Shown here: positions 9,835 through 16,712 of the stretch, piece by piece
Numbering within the stretch: the stretch's first letter is position 1
How the letters are laid out: each line of letters opens with the position of its first letter
Assembly: GCA_027489415.1 (NCBI GenBank)
Contig: JAIXZU010000127.1
Coordinates: 1 to 37,817 of the forward strand
Reading direction: 5' to 3'
DNA: 37,817 bases
Origin: Alphaproteobacteria bacterium
Lineage (GTDB): Bacteria > Pseudomonadota > Alphaproteobacteria > UBA2136 > UBA6156
Position numbers and translations under genes: made by a program
Notes under the pieces: generated by a model
What the model was told of the DNA's origin: nothing
The model's input: only the letters and a program-made list of their open reading frames with translations
Databases searched by the model: none

Positions 9835-10167
9835 TTAATCCGTTTTTTTATTCCACGGGTGGTTGGGCGCTCGCGGCCGACCTTGTGCGTCAACCCCGTG
9901 CCCAAGAATATTTTTATCAATGCGCCGCGCATGACCAAAGCCACCATCACAGCGCGCCGTTTTGCGTGCATGACAGCGGCGGCAAAGCCAGCGCAAATTG
10001 CTTATATCATCCGTGCCGCCTTCAGCACGGGGTTTTAAATGGTCAAGCGCCATGCCGCTGCCAAAGGGTGCGTCACACATGGCGCAGGGAGCTGGCGGCA
10101 CACGGGCGCGCAATTTCTGCCACGCATGGCCATAGCCACGCGCGGCGCTGGGTGGGCGCTGCGTCAT
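9835..10167 (-). CDS. HNH endonuclease (packaging-associated)
   Basis: 110 aa. Motif DHLKPRAEGGTDDISNLRWLCRRCHARKT. Sits upstream of terS, as in HK97-like cos phages. Confidence 0.85.
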   Translation of the reverse strand: MTQRPPSAARGYGHAWQKLRARVPPAPCAMCDAPFGSGMALDHLKPRAEGGTDDISNLRWLCRRCHARKTARCDGGFGHARRIDKNILGHGVDAQGRPRAPNHPWNKKTD

Positions 10168-10333
10168 GTTGCTGCTGCTGTTGCTAAGTTGAGGCTGCCA
10201 AGTTGTGGCTGGTTTTATTGGGGTTTTGCTAAGGTCTCGGCGCTTGCGCCAAGACGCAAAAATTCACATTACCAAAATACTACCATTGTGCTGCCAGTCG
10301 ATGCAAGTGGCGATTGTGCCACACTGCTAAACC

Positions 10334-10804
10334 TTAGCGGCTATTATCAACATCAGCAGCAATGATGCGCTCAAGATAACTATTCAGCGACATGCCAGCA
10401 TCTTTGGCTTTCGCCGCCGCCGCCTCATGCACAGCGGGTTTAATGCGCAAAGGCACATTGCCCGAGTATCTTTGCAGGGCTTCTGGCGCTGGTATGTGCC
10501 GGCCATTGGCTTTAGCGGCCGCCATCCATGCGGCAAAGGCCAAGCGCGCATCTTGTAACGCGGCCTCTGGCGTGTCGCCATCGCCAGCGCAGTATTTTAA
10601 TTCGGGGTAATAAGCCAAAAAGCCGCCACCCTCAGCTTCGGTAAGCGGCCGCACCACAATACGATACTGCGCGGCCAGCACGCTCACATCTTGGGCGCCA
10701 TCATTGCGTGGCGCGCCCACAGTTTTTTTGCGGCTGCTAATTTTTTTTACCAAAACACGGCGGCCACTCTGCTTAGCGGCTGGTTTTTTTAGTGTCTGTG
10801 CCAT
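10334..10804 (-). CDS. hicB: HicB-family antitoxin (HicB fold plus C-terminal RHH) with basic N-terminal extension
   Basis: 156 aa. Motifs GGGFLAYYPELKYCAGDGDTPEAALQDA and a C-terminal RHH-like LRIKPAVHEAAAAKAKDAGMSLNSYLERI. Confidence 0.75.
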   Translation of the reverse strand: MAQTLKKPAAKQSGRRVLVKKISSRKKTVGAPRNDGAQDVSVLAAQYRIVVRPLTEAEGGGFLAYYPELKYCAGDGDTPEAALQDARLAFAAWMAAAKANGRHIPAPEALQRYSGNVPLRIKPAVHEAAAAKAKDAGMSLNSYLERIIAADVDNSR

Positions 10805-10806
10805 CT

Positions 10807-11037
10807 TTATTCTCCCCCGTCTATAAGGCGCATAAATGCCCGAACATAATAAGGCTTAATTGGCCGATGCGCTGGCACCGTCAATTCGCCACTGGCAAAG
10901 CTAAAAATGCAATGGCTGCCACCATCATGCCGCCAACCAATGCCATAGTGGCTGGCTACGCGCTGCAAATCGGCCAGCTGCCAGTCACCGGCTGGGTTAT
11001 TGCGCATTTTCTCTAGCAGCTTTTGCTTTTGGCTCAT
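10807..11037 (-). CDS. hicA: HicA-family toxin (mRNA interferase)
   Basis: 76 aa counted from the ATG at 11037. Motif GGSHCIF...LTVPAHRPIKPYYVRAF. Its stop lies 3 nt from the hicB start. Confidence 0.7.
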   Translation of the reverse strand: MSQKQKLLEKMRNNPAGDWQLADLQRVASHYGIGWRHDGGSHCIFSFASGELTVPAHRPIKPYYVRAFMRLIDGGE

Positions 11038-11056
11038 GCTTATTTTATATATCAAA

Positions 11057-11068
11057 AGTGATATCACT
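11057..11068. promoter_or_regulatory. 12-bp perfect palindrome AGTGATATCACT within a promoter-like stretch upstream of hicA (candidate HicB operator)
   Basis: The palindrome is read directly. On the minus strand a TTGCTT (-35-like) and a GATATA/TATATA (-10-like) flank it. Confidence 0.45.
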
Positions 11069-11088
11069 GCAAGCAAAAACGCTGCTTT

Positions 11089-11319
11089 TTACGATATTAT
11101 ATTAAGTTTTGTTGGGTTATTGGCTTGGGCGTTTTGGTATTCGGCCATGGCTTTTACCAGCAATGTGCGCAGCTCGCTGCCCGTGCCTTCGGCAATAGTC
11201 TGGCCTTTGGCGGTTAAATAAAACCTGTCACAATTTTGGCTTTTCATAACAAGTGCCGCAATCCCAGCCTCAATAATGGCTTGTGCTAAAGCGCTGGCAG
11301 TTTGTTCATTCATGGTCAT
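11089..11319 (-). CDS. Hypothetical protein
   Basis: 76-aa ORF in the operon, with plausible composition. Confidence 0.45.
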   Translation of the reverse strand: MTMNEQTASALAQAIIEAGIAALVMKSQNCDRFYLTAKGQTIAEGTGSELRTLLVKAMAEYQNAQANNPTKLNIIS

Positions 11320-11342
11320 TGCTTTTCAATCCTTTTCAACTC

Positions 11343-11891
11343 TTACGGCCTTGGCACATGGCCGCCACGCTCGGCCGGCAAGCGCAAAAAATCCGCCACC
11401 TCATCCAAGGCATGGCGCAGCAGCGTAACGCCCTCACGTGGCGCGTAATGGTGCTGGCTGGCCCAATCGCTGGGGGCACCATCGGTAAAGCACACATGCA
11501 CCAACAGCGGCCACAAACGCGAGCTGGTGCCTGCGCATATTTTTTTTAGTTCAATCTCGGCCAAAGCCTGCAAGCCGGTGCCAGCTGGCCTGCTGCCATC
11601 AACCTTGTCGCTCAGCGTGCTGGCAATGTTGGGCGAGCGCCCAGCCCTAAACCACAGCGTAAATAATTTATCACCAGCCAGATATTGCCGGTGGCTGATA
11701 ATGCCGCGCAGCGCCAGCCGCTCAAGCTGCCGTTGGCTTTGCACATAGCGCACCGTCACGGGCTGGCCGCCATCGGGGTCAGCAATGGCCACCAGCGGCA
11801 CCACATCGTGCTGTAGCCGCTCTAGCGTGCCGTAATCGTTTGGTGCGGGCCGATAGCTCGGCTTCCGGGCGCGGCGCAGGCGCTTAGCCAT
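11343..11891 (-). CDS. Hypothetical protein, basic N-terminus (possible DNA-binding/late regulator)
   Basis: The ATG at 11891 overlaps the upstream stop by 8 nt. The longer ORF to 11966 would overlap more. Confidence 0.5.
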   Translation of the reverse strand: MAKRLRRARKPSYRPAPNDYGTLERLQHDVVPLVAIADPDGGQPVTVRYVQSQRQLERLALRGIISHRQYLAGDKLFTLWFRAGRSPNIASTLSDKVDGSRPAGTGLQALAEIELKKICAGTSSRLWPLLVHVCFTDGAPSDWASQHHYAPREGVTLLRHALDEVADFLRLPAERGGHVPRP

Positions 11892-12729
11892 TTCCGCCGC
11901 CTTGTTGGTCAGCTTGCTGCGCCTCTTGTTGGCTTGCCGAATTGGAACCTGACTGAATTTTAGCAAGTTTTGCTAAAAGCGCGGTTTTGCGACCGGCAAA
12001 AGCGTTAATCAGCGTTTGCTGAAAAACATCGGCAGACTCTGGGTTAAAACCTTTTTCAGCCTTTTCCAGCTCGGCAATTTCGTCCTGTATTTTTTCAATG
12101 GCCGTTTTTTGCGCGGGCGTTGGTGGCAATGCAGCAGGCGCAAGCATGGCTTGTTCGGCGGCCAACAGTGCTGCCAGCAACCTACGGCGCAAATCGAAAC
12201 GCTCACCACACGCGGCGCGCAGCTCGCTGATGGTCGGATAAAACGTCTGCGCTTGCCGCAGCGCGGTGCAGGCTTGGCGCACCACATCGGCGGGATACTC
12301 GGCCAGATCATCGGCCATCACCGCAAGCGATAGCGTCATATCATCGCCGACCTCACTGCGCCGAGCCATAACCGCCCGCAGCTTGGCAAGCTCCTGCACG
12401 ATTAAATCATGCGCAGCGGGCTTACAAAAAAACTCAAGCGCCCGCACCAGCGGTCTATCTTCTTCGCGTAAATCCAAAACTTTCCATTCGGTGTAGCCGT
12501 CAAAATCATAGCCGTTGGCGGTGTAATATTCACGGCGCACCACTTGCTTGTTTTTTAGCCGCGATGACCCGAGCTGCTGCTGCAACAATGCTATCAGTTC
12601 GCTGTCGTCCAGCGTTGCTCCAGTTTGCAGCCGAGCCGCTAAAGCCCGTAATTTGGCTATCGGGCTTGATGGCAAATACGCCAGCCCAGCCGCGGGTGAT
12701 TGATTGTTCGATAACTGATTTTGCGTCAT
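11884..12729 (-). CDS. Hypothetical replication-module protein
   Basis: 281 aa. A GGAG lies 6 nt upstream of the ATG at 12729. Follows the replisome organizer. Confidence 0.55.
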   Translation of the reverse strand: MTQNQLSNNQSPAAGLAYLPSSPIAKLRALAARLQTGATLDDSELIALLQQQLGSSRLKNKQVVRREYYTANGYDFDGYTEWKVLDLREEDRPLVRALEFFCKPAAHDLIVQELAKLRAVMARRSEVGDDMTLSLAVMADDLAEYPADVVRQACTALRQAQTFYPTISELRAACGERFDLRRRLLAALLAAEQAMLAPAALPPTPAQKTAIEKIQDEIAELEKAEKGFNPESADVFQQTLINAFAGRKTALLAKLAKIQSGSNSASQQEAQQADQQGGGNG

Positions 12730-13429
12730 GGCCAGCTCCCATTAATTTTTCAAGTTCTGCAACAATTCCGCGTTTGGCGCGGTCGGTCATGGGTGCCCGC
12801 AAGCGCCTTCGGTGCTCCTCAAAATCTTTCCAGTCGTCAGGCGATATCCAGTCGGGCAAAACAAAATCAGATTTTTTTGGCTTGGGGTCGCTAGCGCGCT
12901 TCGCGCGCTTTGAATCTATTACGTCAGTAATAGATTCTATCTCTGTATCTGTATCTGTATCTGTATCTGTATCTGGGGGCGTTACTGTAACGTTACACGG
13001 CGTTACATTTCCGTCACCAGTTGTTACGCCAACAATTTCAGCGCCATTGTTTTTGCTTTTTTGCTTTTCGCGCCAACGCTTTACCCTGTCATTGCTGGTG
13101 TCGCTCACATATTGCCTCTTGTTCCACGCCAGCGGCACATTGTCCTCACTAATAAGGCCGCGCGCCATAAATCGCGCTTTGGTTTGCGCCCAATCATCCG
13201 CGCTAATGCGCAACTGAAACGCCAACTCGTCATCATGTAACACGCTGTTTTGTGCTGCGTTTGTTACATCACCTGTTACATGTAACGTTACATCGCCGTC
13301 ACACGGTGTTACACTTTGCGACCAAACGCACAGCAGCATCACAAAGCGGCGCTGGTCTGCCTCGCTCATCATCTGCACTTTTGGGTCTGTCGCAAATTCT
13401 GCGTAAAGTCTAAACCAAGGCTTACCCAT
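12530..13429 (-). CDS. Replisome organizer / replication initiator-like protein
   Basis: 299 aa. The N-terminus MGKPWFRLYAEFATDPKVQMMSEADQRRF resembles Phage_rep_org_N. It contains iteron-like DNA repeats. The C-terminal 66 codons overlap the next gene. Confidence 0.65.
   Translation of the reverse strand: MGKPWFRLYAEFATDPKVQMMSEADQRRFVMLLCVWSQSVTPCDGDVTLHVTGDVTNAAQNSVLHDDELAFQLRISADDWAQTKARFMARGLISEDNVPLAWNKRQYVSDTSNDRVKRWREKQKSKNNGAEIVGVTTGDGNVTPCNVTVTPPDTDTDTDTDTEIESITDVIDSKRAKRASDPKPKKSDFVLPDWISPDDWKDFEEHRRRLRAPMTDRAKRGIVAELEKLMGAGHDAKSVIEQSITRGWAGVFAIKPDSQITGFSGSAANWSNAGRQRTDSIVAAAARVIAAKKQASGAP
12945..12974. repeat. Hexanucleotide microsatellite (GTATCT)x5 encoding (Asp-Thr)5 in the organizer linker
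   Basis: Read directly from the sequence. Confidence 0.95.
12981..13027. repeat. Iteron-like cluster 1: GTTAC/GTAAC motifs
   Basis: GTTAC at 12981, 12992, 13002 and 13023. GTAAC at 12987. GTCAC at 13013. Confidence 0.6.
13263..13312. repeat. Iteron-like cluster 2: GTTAC/GTAAC motifs
   Basis: GTTAC at 13263, 13275, 13287 and 13308. GTAAC at 13282. GTCAC at 13298. It shares the TGTAACGTTACA palindrome with cluster 1. Confidence 0.6.
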
Positions 13430-13667
13430 GACACACCTCTTCCCGCGCAGTGGCGGCCGCTAATAAATTATTTTTGCGGTTTTGTTGCAGCTTTGCTTGG
13501 CGCAATTGCGCACGGTCAAGCGCGGCCTCTGCCCGCAGCACTTCGGCATTGGCTCTGCGCACCCGCTCGAGCGCGGTGTTTTTATAGCCATGCGGCGCTG
13601 CCTCATAAGCCGCCCGTGCGGCCTCGTAAAAGGCCAGCGCTTTTTGCAAGCGTTTAGCGTGGCTCAT
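13422..13667 (-). CDS. Hypothetical small coiled-coil protein
   Basis: 81 aa. AAGGAGG RBS and an ATGA overlap with the upstream stop. Confidence 0.55.
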   Translation of the reverse strand: MSHAKRLQKALAFYEAARAAYEAAPHGYKNTALERVRRANAEVLRAEAALDRAQLRQAKLQQNRKNNLLAAATAREEVCHG

Positions 13668-14500
13668 GGCTGGCCTCCTTTTTTATTTATAGCCCGCCGC
13701 TCGCGCTCGAGCCGTTCGGCCATGGCCTCTAGCCTAATGCTTTTAAACACGCGCTCTTGGTAGGCTTTCAGCTCTTTTTCCTTCAGCACGCTTTCGGCGC
13801 GGTATATTGGCTCGCCTTCGCTCAAAATGCGGCTGATGCGCTGCACAGCTTCAATCAGCGCATGCGCCCAATTCTGCCAGTCAAATGGCTCAGGCCGCTT
13901 TTTGCGCAGGTTTTTTCTGGGCTTGGTGTGGGTGTTTTTTAGATTGCAGGCGGCTTTCCCCGCCCCATGTTTTTTCGGCATAGGGTCACTCCGTTTGGTT
14001 GGCATGACGCCACCCACGAAGCTTTGTATGCCGCGCTGGTGGCGGGAGCTACAAACCAGTCCAAACGGTGCCTGGCGGACTTCTTCCCCTTTCGGGTATT
14101 GTATCCGTCGCACTCCCGCCATAGGGGGGTTTACGGGCACAAAAATACCGCCATGCACTACGCTGGCGGTTGCCCGCCGTTTGGTATGTGGAGTTCTTAG
14201 CTCCACCGCTGGCAAGGCCAACGGCACGGGCAGAGTGCCCAAATAAACCGAATCAGTCAAGTGAGGTAAAAGGGGGGCTTTTGCGCCGCCAAAATCATAC
14301 GCTGGTAATGCGCTGGCATTGCCAATGCATATGCGCTGGCATGATTGTGCTACAACACGCGGCAAGCGGGCATGCAGGCGCGACCAGCCCACCGCATGCC
14401 CGCCCACCTTGGCGCGGCTCACGCCAGCGCCAGCCAGCCCTGCAAGGCTGGGCGATAGGTGCGCGGCCACCACGGCCGCCGATATGTTTATACCGCTCAT
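13664..14500 (-). CDS. Hypothetical protein; only the C-terminal ~113 aa (from the ATG at 14005) look protein-like
   Basis: The ORF is open for 278 codons and has an ATGA overlap at 14500. Codons 1-165 use many ATA/AGA/CGA/GGA/CTA codons and coincide with dense RNA-type complementarity. Confidence 0.4.
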   Translation of the reverse strand: MSGINISAAVVAAHLSPSLAGLAGAGVSRAKVGGHAVGWSRLHARLPRVVAQSCQRICIGNASALPAYDFGGAKAPLLPHLTDSVYLGTLPVPLALPAVELRTPHTKRRATASVVHGGIFVPVNPPMAGVRRIQYPKGEEVRQAPFGLVCSSRHQRGIQSFVGGVMPTKRSDPMPKKHGAGKAACNLKNTHTKPRKNLRKKRPEPFDWQNWAHALIEAVQRISRILSEGEPIYRAESVLKEKELKAYQERVFKSIRLEAMAERLERERRAINKKGGQP

Positions 14501-14835
14501 GATTGGCCACCATTCTGGCCACCATTGGGATTTTGCCCCACAGCCTTACTACCATTCGCAATCCGCTCAAGCAGCGATGTCGCCAGCTGCAAACGTGTGG
14601 CCATACCAGCGGCCACCACGGCGCGATTAATAAAGCTCTCGCGGTCGATTACGAGCGTGACGAAGCCAAGCCTGAGCCAGACATCAAATAAGCCGCGCTC
14701 AAAGCCGCAGCCGCGCCAGCTATGGGCTTCGATGAGGAGGCTGCGCGGCAACTTGCGCGCGCTGGCCGTGGCCGCCGGCCGATGGCTGGCGGGTTCGGTG
14801 TGGTGGTTGTTTGTTTGAGTGGCATCGGGCGGCAC
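14497..14835 (-). CDS. Hypothetical protein
   Basis: GTG start at 14835 with AAGGAG 8 nt upstream. An in-frame TAA lies just upstream of the start. Confidence 0.55.
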   Translation of the reverse strand: MPPDATQTNNHHTEPASHRPAATASARKLPRSLLIEAHSWRGCGFERGLFDVWLRLGFVTLVIDRESFINRAVVAAGMATRLQLATSLLERIANGSKAVGQNPNGGQNGGQS

Positions 14836-15272
14836 AGCGATGGCTCCTTATCTTCAATGGTGGGGGGGAGGTGGGTGGGTAAGGTGGGTTTGGCCGAAGG
14901 GGTAGGGCCTGAATTAAGCTCAGACGCCGAGCCAACCAACAGCGCCAGCGCTTGCTGCGCTGCTGCCATTTGTCGCTCGGTTAGTTGGACAGGTGCGCGT
15001 CCGGCCAAGGCCAGCACCGCCAAAAACACTTCATCAAATCGCCGGATAAGGTCAATCAGCACCACGCCCGATGGCGCGTTGCGGCCTTCCAGTAAGTTTT
15101 TCATGGTCTCTTCATTGCGCCGCGTCAGCCGGGCCAGCTCTTTCGGGCTGCCACTCACGCGCCGCAGCGCGGGCACCAGCGCCTCAATCAGCTCAATCGG
15201 CACCGTCACATGCGGGTCTGTGGCGGCAAGCAGCGCAGCTGGTGGGGCGGCAAATGGCGCGGGCATGCTCAT
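14649..15272 (-). CDS. Hypothetical early regulator-like protein (helical N-terminal ~120 aa; low-complexity tail)
   Basis: The ATG at 15272 forms an ATGA overlap with the cro-like stop. The tail overlaps the next gene by 187 nt. Confidence 0.5.
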   Translation of the reverse strand: MSMPAPFAAPPAALLAATDPHVTVPIELIEALVPALRRVSGSPKELARLTRRNEETMKNLLEGRNAPSGVVLIDLIRRFDEVFLAVLALAGRAPVQLTERQMAAAQQALALLVGSASELNSGPTPSAKPTLPTHLPPTIEDKEPSLCRPMPLKQTTTTPNPPAIGRRPRPARASCRAASSSKPIAGAAAALSAAYLMSGSGLASSRS

Positions 15273-15622
15273 GTGCAAGCCTCGCTATTGGCGGCCAATT
15301 CTTGGCCCTCATTGCGGGGCCAATTTTTGGCCAGCTGCGGCCGTGCAATTTTTGCCACTATTTTTCGGGCAGACACTCGTGGGCGCTTTGGTGCACTGTC
15401 AGCGCAGGAGGCAATCAAACCATGAGCCAAAGCATAAGCGTCATAATGATGCTCGGCCGTCACACGGCCATTAGAATATGCGCGCAGGCGCAGCTCTATC
15501 TCTGGCCGGGGCACACGCTTCCCGCGCCGATAATAGGCAATTGCCGCCGCTGTGGTGTGCACAATACGTGCGACATGGGCATCGGTGTGGCCGCGCTCGG
15601 CCATGATTTTTGCAAGCTTCAT
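15269..15622 (-). CDS. Cro-like HTH regulator
   Basis: 117 aa counted from the ATG at 15622. The HTH-like segment is HVARIVHTTAAAIAYYRRGKRVP. It is divergent from the repressor gene. Confidence 0.65.
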   Translation of the reverse strand: MKLAKIMAERGHTDAHVARIVHTTAAAIAYYRRGKRVPRPEIELRLRAYSNGRVTAEHHYDAYALAHGLIASCADSAPKRPRVSARKIVAKIARPQLAKNWPRNEGQELAANSEACT

Positions 15623-15625
15623 GGT

Positions 15626-15669
15626 GCAGATATCAACATTGTGTTGAACTTCAGTCAACAAGAATCTGC
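15626..15669. promoter_or_regulatory. PR-like promoter plus operator: on the minus strand, TTGACT (15658-15653), a 17-nt spacer, then TGATAT (15635-15630). Operator palindrome TCAACAttgTGTTGA at 15633-15647, an extra half-site at 15655-15660, and an outer inverted repeat GCAGAT/ATCTGC.
   Basis: Read directly. A near-identical cassette recurs at 18957-18985. Confidence 0.65.
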
Positions 15670-15706
15670 TGATGCCGCTGATTTCGATATTTTGGGATAG
15701 TGCGCT

Positions 15707-16114
15707 ATGAATAACCGAATTAAACATTTCCGCAAAAAAGTCGGCATGAGCCAAGTAAAACTGGCTGAGATGGCTAATACATCACCACAACAGATAAGCC
15801 ATCTTGAGCAAGGTATGCGCCGCCTGACCTATGACTGGGCTGAGCGCTTGGCGCGGGTGCTTAAAGTACACCCAGCCGATTTATTTGTTGAGTCGCCAAA
15901 TGCCTCTACCTTGCCTATATCCGATAGCGCCAAACACATTATGGCCGAAGGCGTGATGGTGCTGCTTGACCATATGCGCCGCGCCAATAACGCTACCCCT
16001 CCACTAATTATGCATCGTCGCTTTCTGCAGGCCTTCGAGCGCTGCCAGACTAAAAACTACACAGAGCCACAAAAAATCCGCGATGTGTTCGAGAGCTACC
16101 TCGATGCCGAGTAA
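15707..16114 (+). CDS. XRE-family HTH repressor (cI-like, no S24 peptidase domain)
   Basis: 135 aa. Motif IKHFRKKVGMSQVKLAEMANTSPQQISHLEQGMRRLT. Divergent from the cro-like gene. Confidence 0.8.
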   Translation: MNNRIKHFRKKVGMSQVKLAEMANTSPQQISHLEQGMRRLTYDWAERLARVLKVHPADLFVESPNASTLPISDSAKHIMAEGVMVLLDHMRRANNATPPLIMHRRFLQAFERCQTKNYTEPQKIRDVFESYLDAE

Positions 16115-16709
16115 CAATAATGAAATAGACCACCGCATTTTGGTGGATGATCTGTTGCAAATAGAAAAGCACGTTATTAAAGAAGACGTTGTTAGCAGCT
16201 GGCAAACAATGAGACAGAACGGGTGTAGGCGTGAGGAGCGCCACCAAAATCGCAAGGGCAAAAAATTCGGACGGCAGCCATCATTATTTAACCTTAGCAA
16301 CTACGTGATAACATTGCCGCTTGTTTCGCCGGATATTTCGTCACTTGATTTGCAGCTCAAGATTAACTATTACAAACAGCCATATGATTCGCCCTCTTTC
16401 ACAATTAACCTTCTTTATCTCGGCATTAAACCTTGTATGACACCAATTTGGCGTGTTGAATTTAACAACAAGAAACACAGCAATAGATCGCCCGGACGAC
16501 CACACGGCCTGCCGGATTACGTCTGCAGGCCGAATTATTCAAGCTGGGAGTGGCATAGGCCCGATTGTGAGGATGACTACATACCGCATAATATGAGGTT
16601 TGCCCAAAATCTTCCGGACAAACTAAAAACATTTACACAGGTTATTAAGTGGTTCAGTAGTAGTATAAGACTTAATGGTCTTGCTGAAAATTTGTTAGAG
16701 CCGCTATAA
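16104..16709 (+). CDS. Hypothetical protein co-transcribed with the repressor
   Basis: The ATG at 16104 overlaps the repressor stop. 201 aa. AT-richer DNA. No family recognised. Confidence 0.6.
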   Translation: MPSNNNEIDHRILVDDLLQIEKHVIKEDVVSSWQTMRQNGCRREERHQNRKGKKFGRQPSLFNLSNYVITLPLVSPDISSLDLQLKINYYKQPYDSPSFTINLLYLGIKPCMTPIWRVEFNNKKHSNRSPGRPHGLPDYVCRPNYSSWEWHRPDCEDDYIPHNMRFAQNLPDKLKTFTQVIKWFSSSIRLNGLAENLLEPL

Positions 16710-16712
16710 CGA

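Noticed and set aside
12939-12974. Possible CRISPR or other spaced-repeat array
   Set aside because: The repeat is a contiguous 6-nt microsatellite inside a coding frame. It has no spacers and there are no cas genes.
14037-14124. tRNA-like element: on the minus strand an 8-bp stem GGCGGGAG...CUCCCGCC followed by ACCA
   Set aside because: It has no T-arm or T-loop (GTTCRANNC) and no D-arm or anticodon-arm geometry. At 80 nt before ACCA it does not fit a cloverleaf. I kept it only as part of the structured-RNA observation.
13664-14500. Retron-like ncRNA
   Set aside because: No reverse transcriptase ORF exists anywhere in the window, so a retron msr-msd interpretation is unsupported.
16104-16709. 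ImmA/IrrE-type antirepressor protease next to the XRE repressor
   Set aside because: No HEXXH metalloprotease motif is present in the 201-aa protein.
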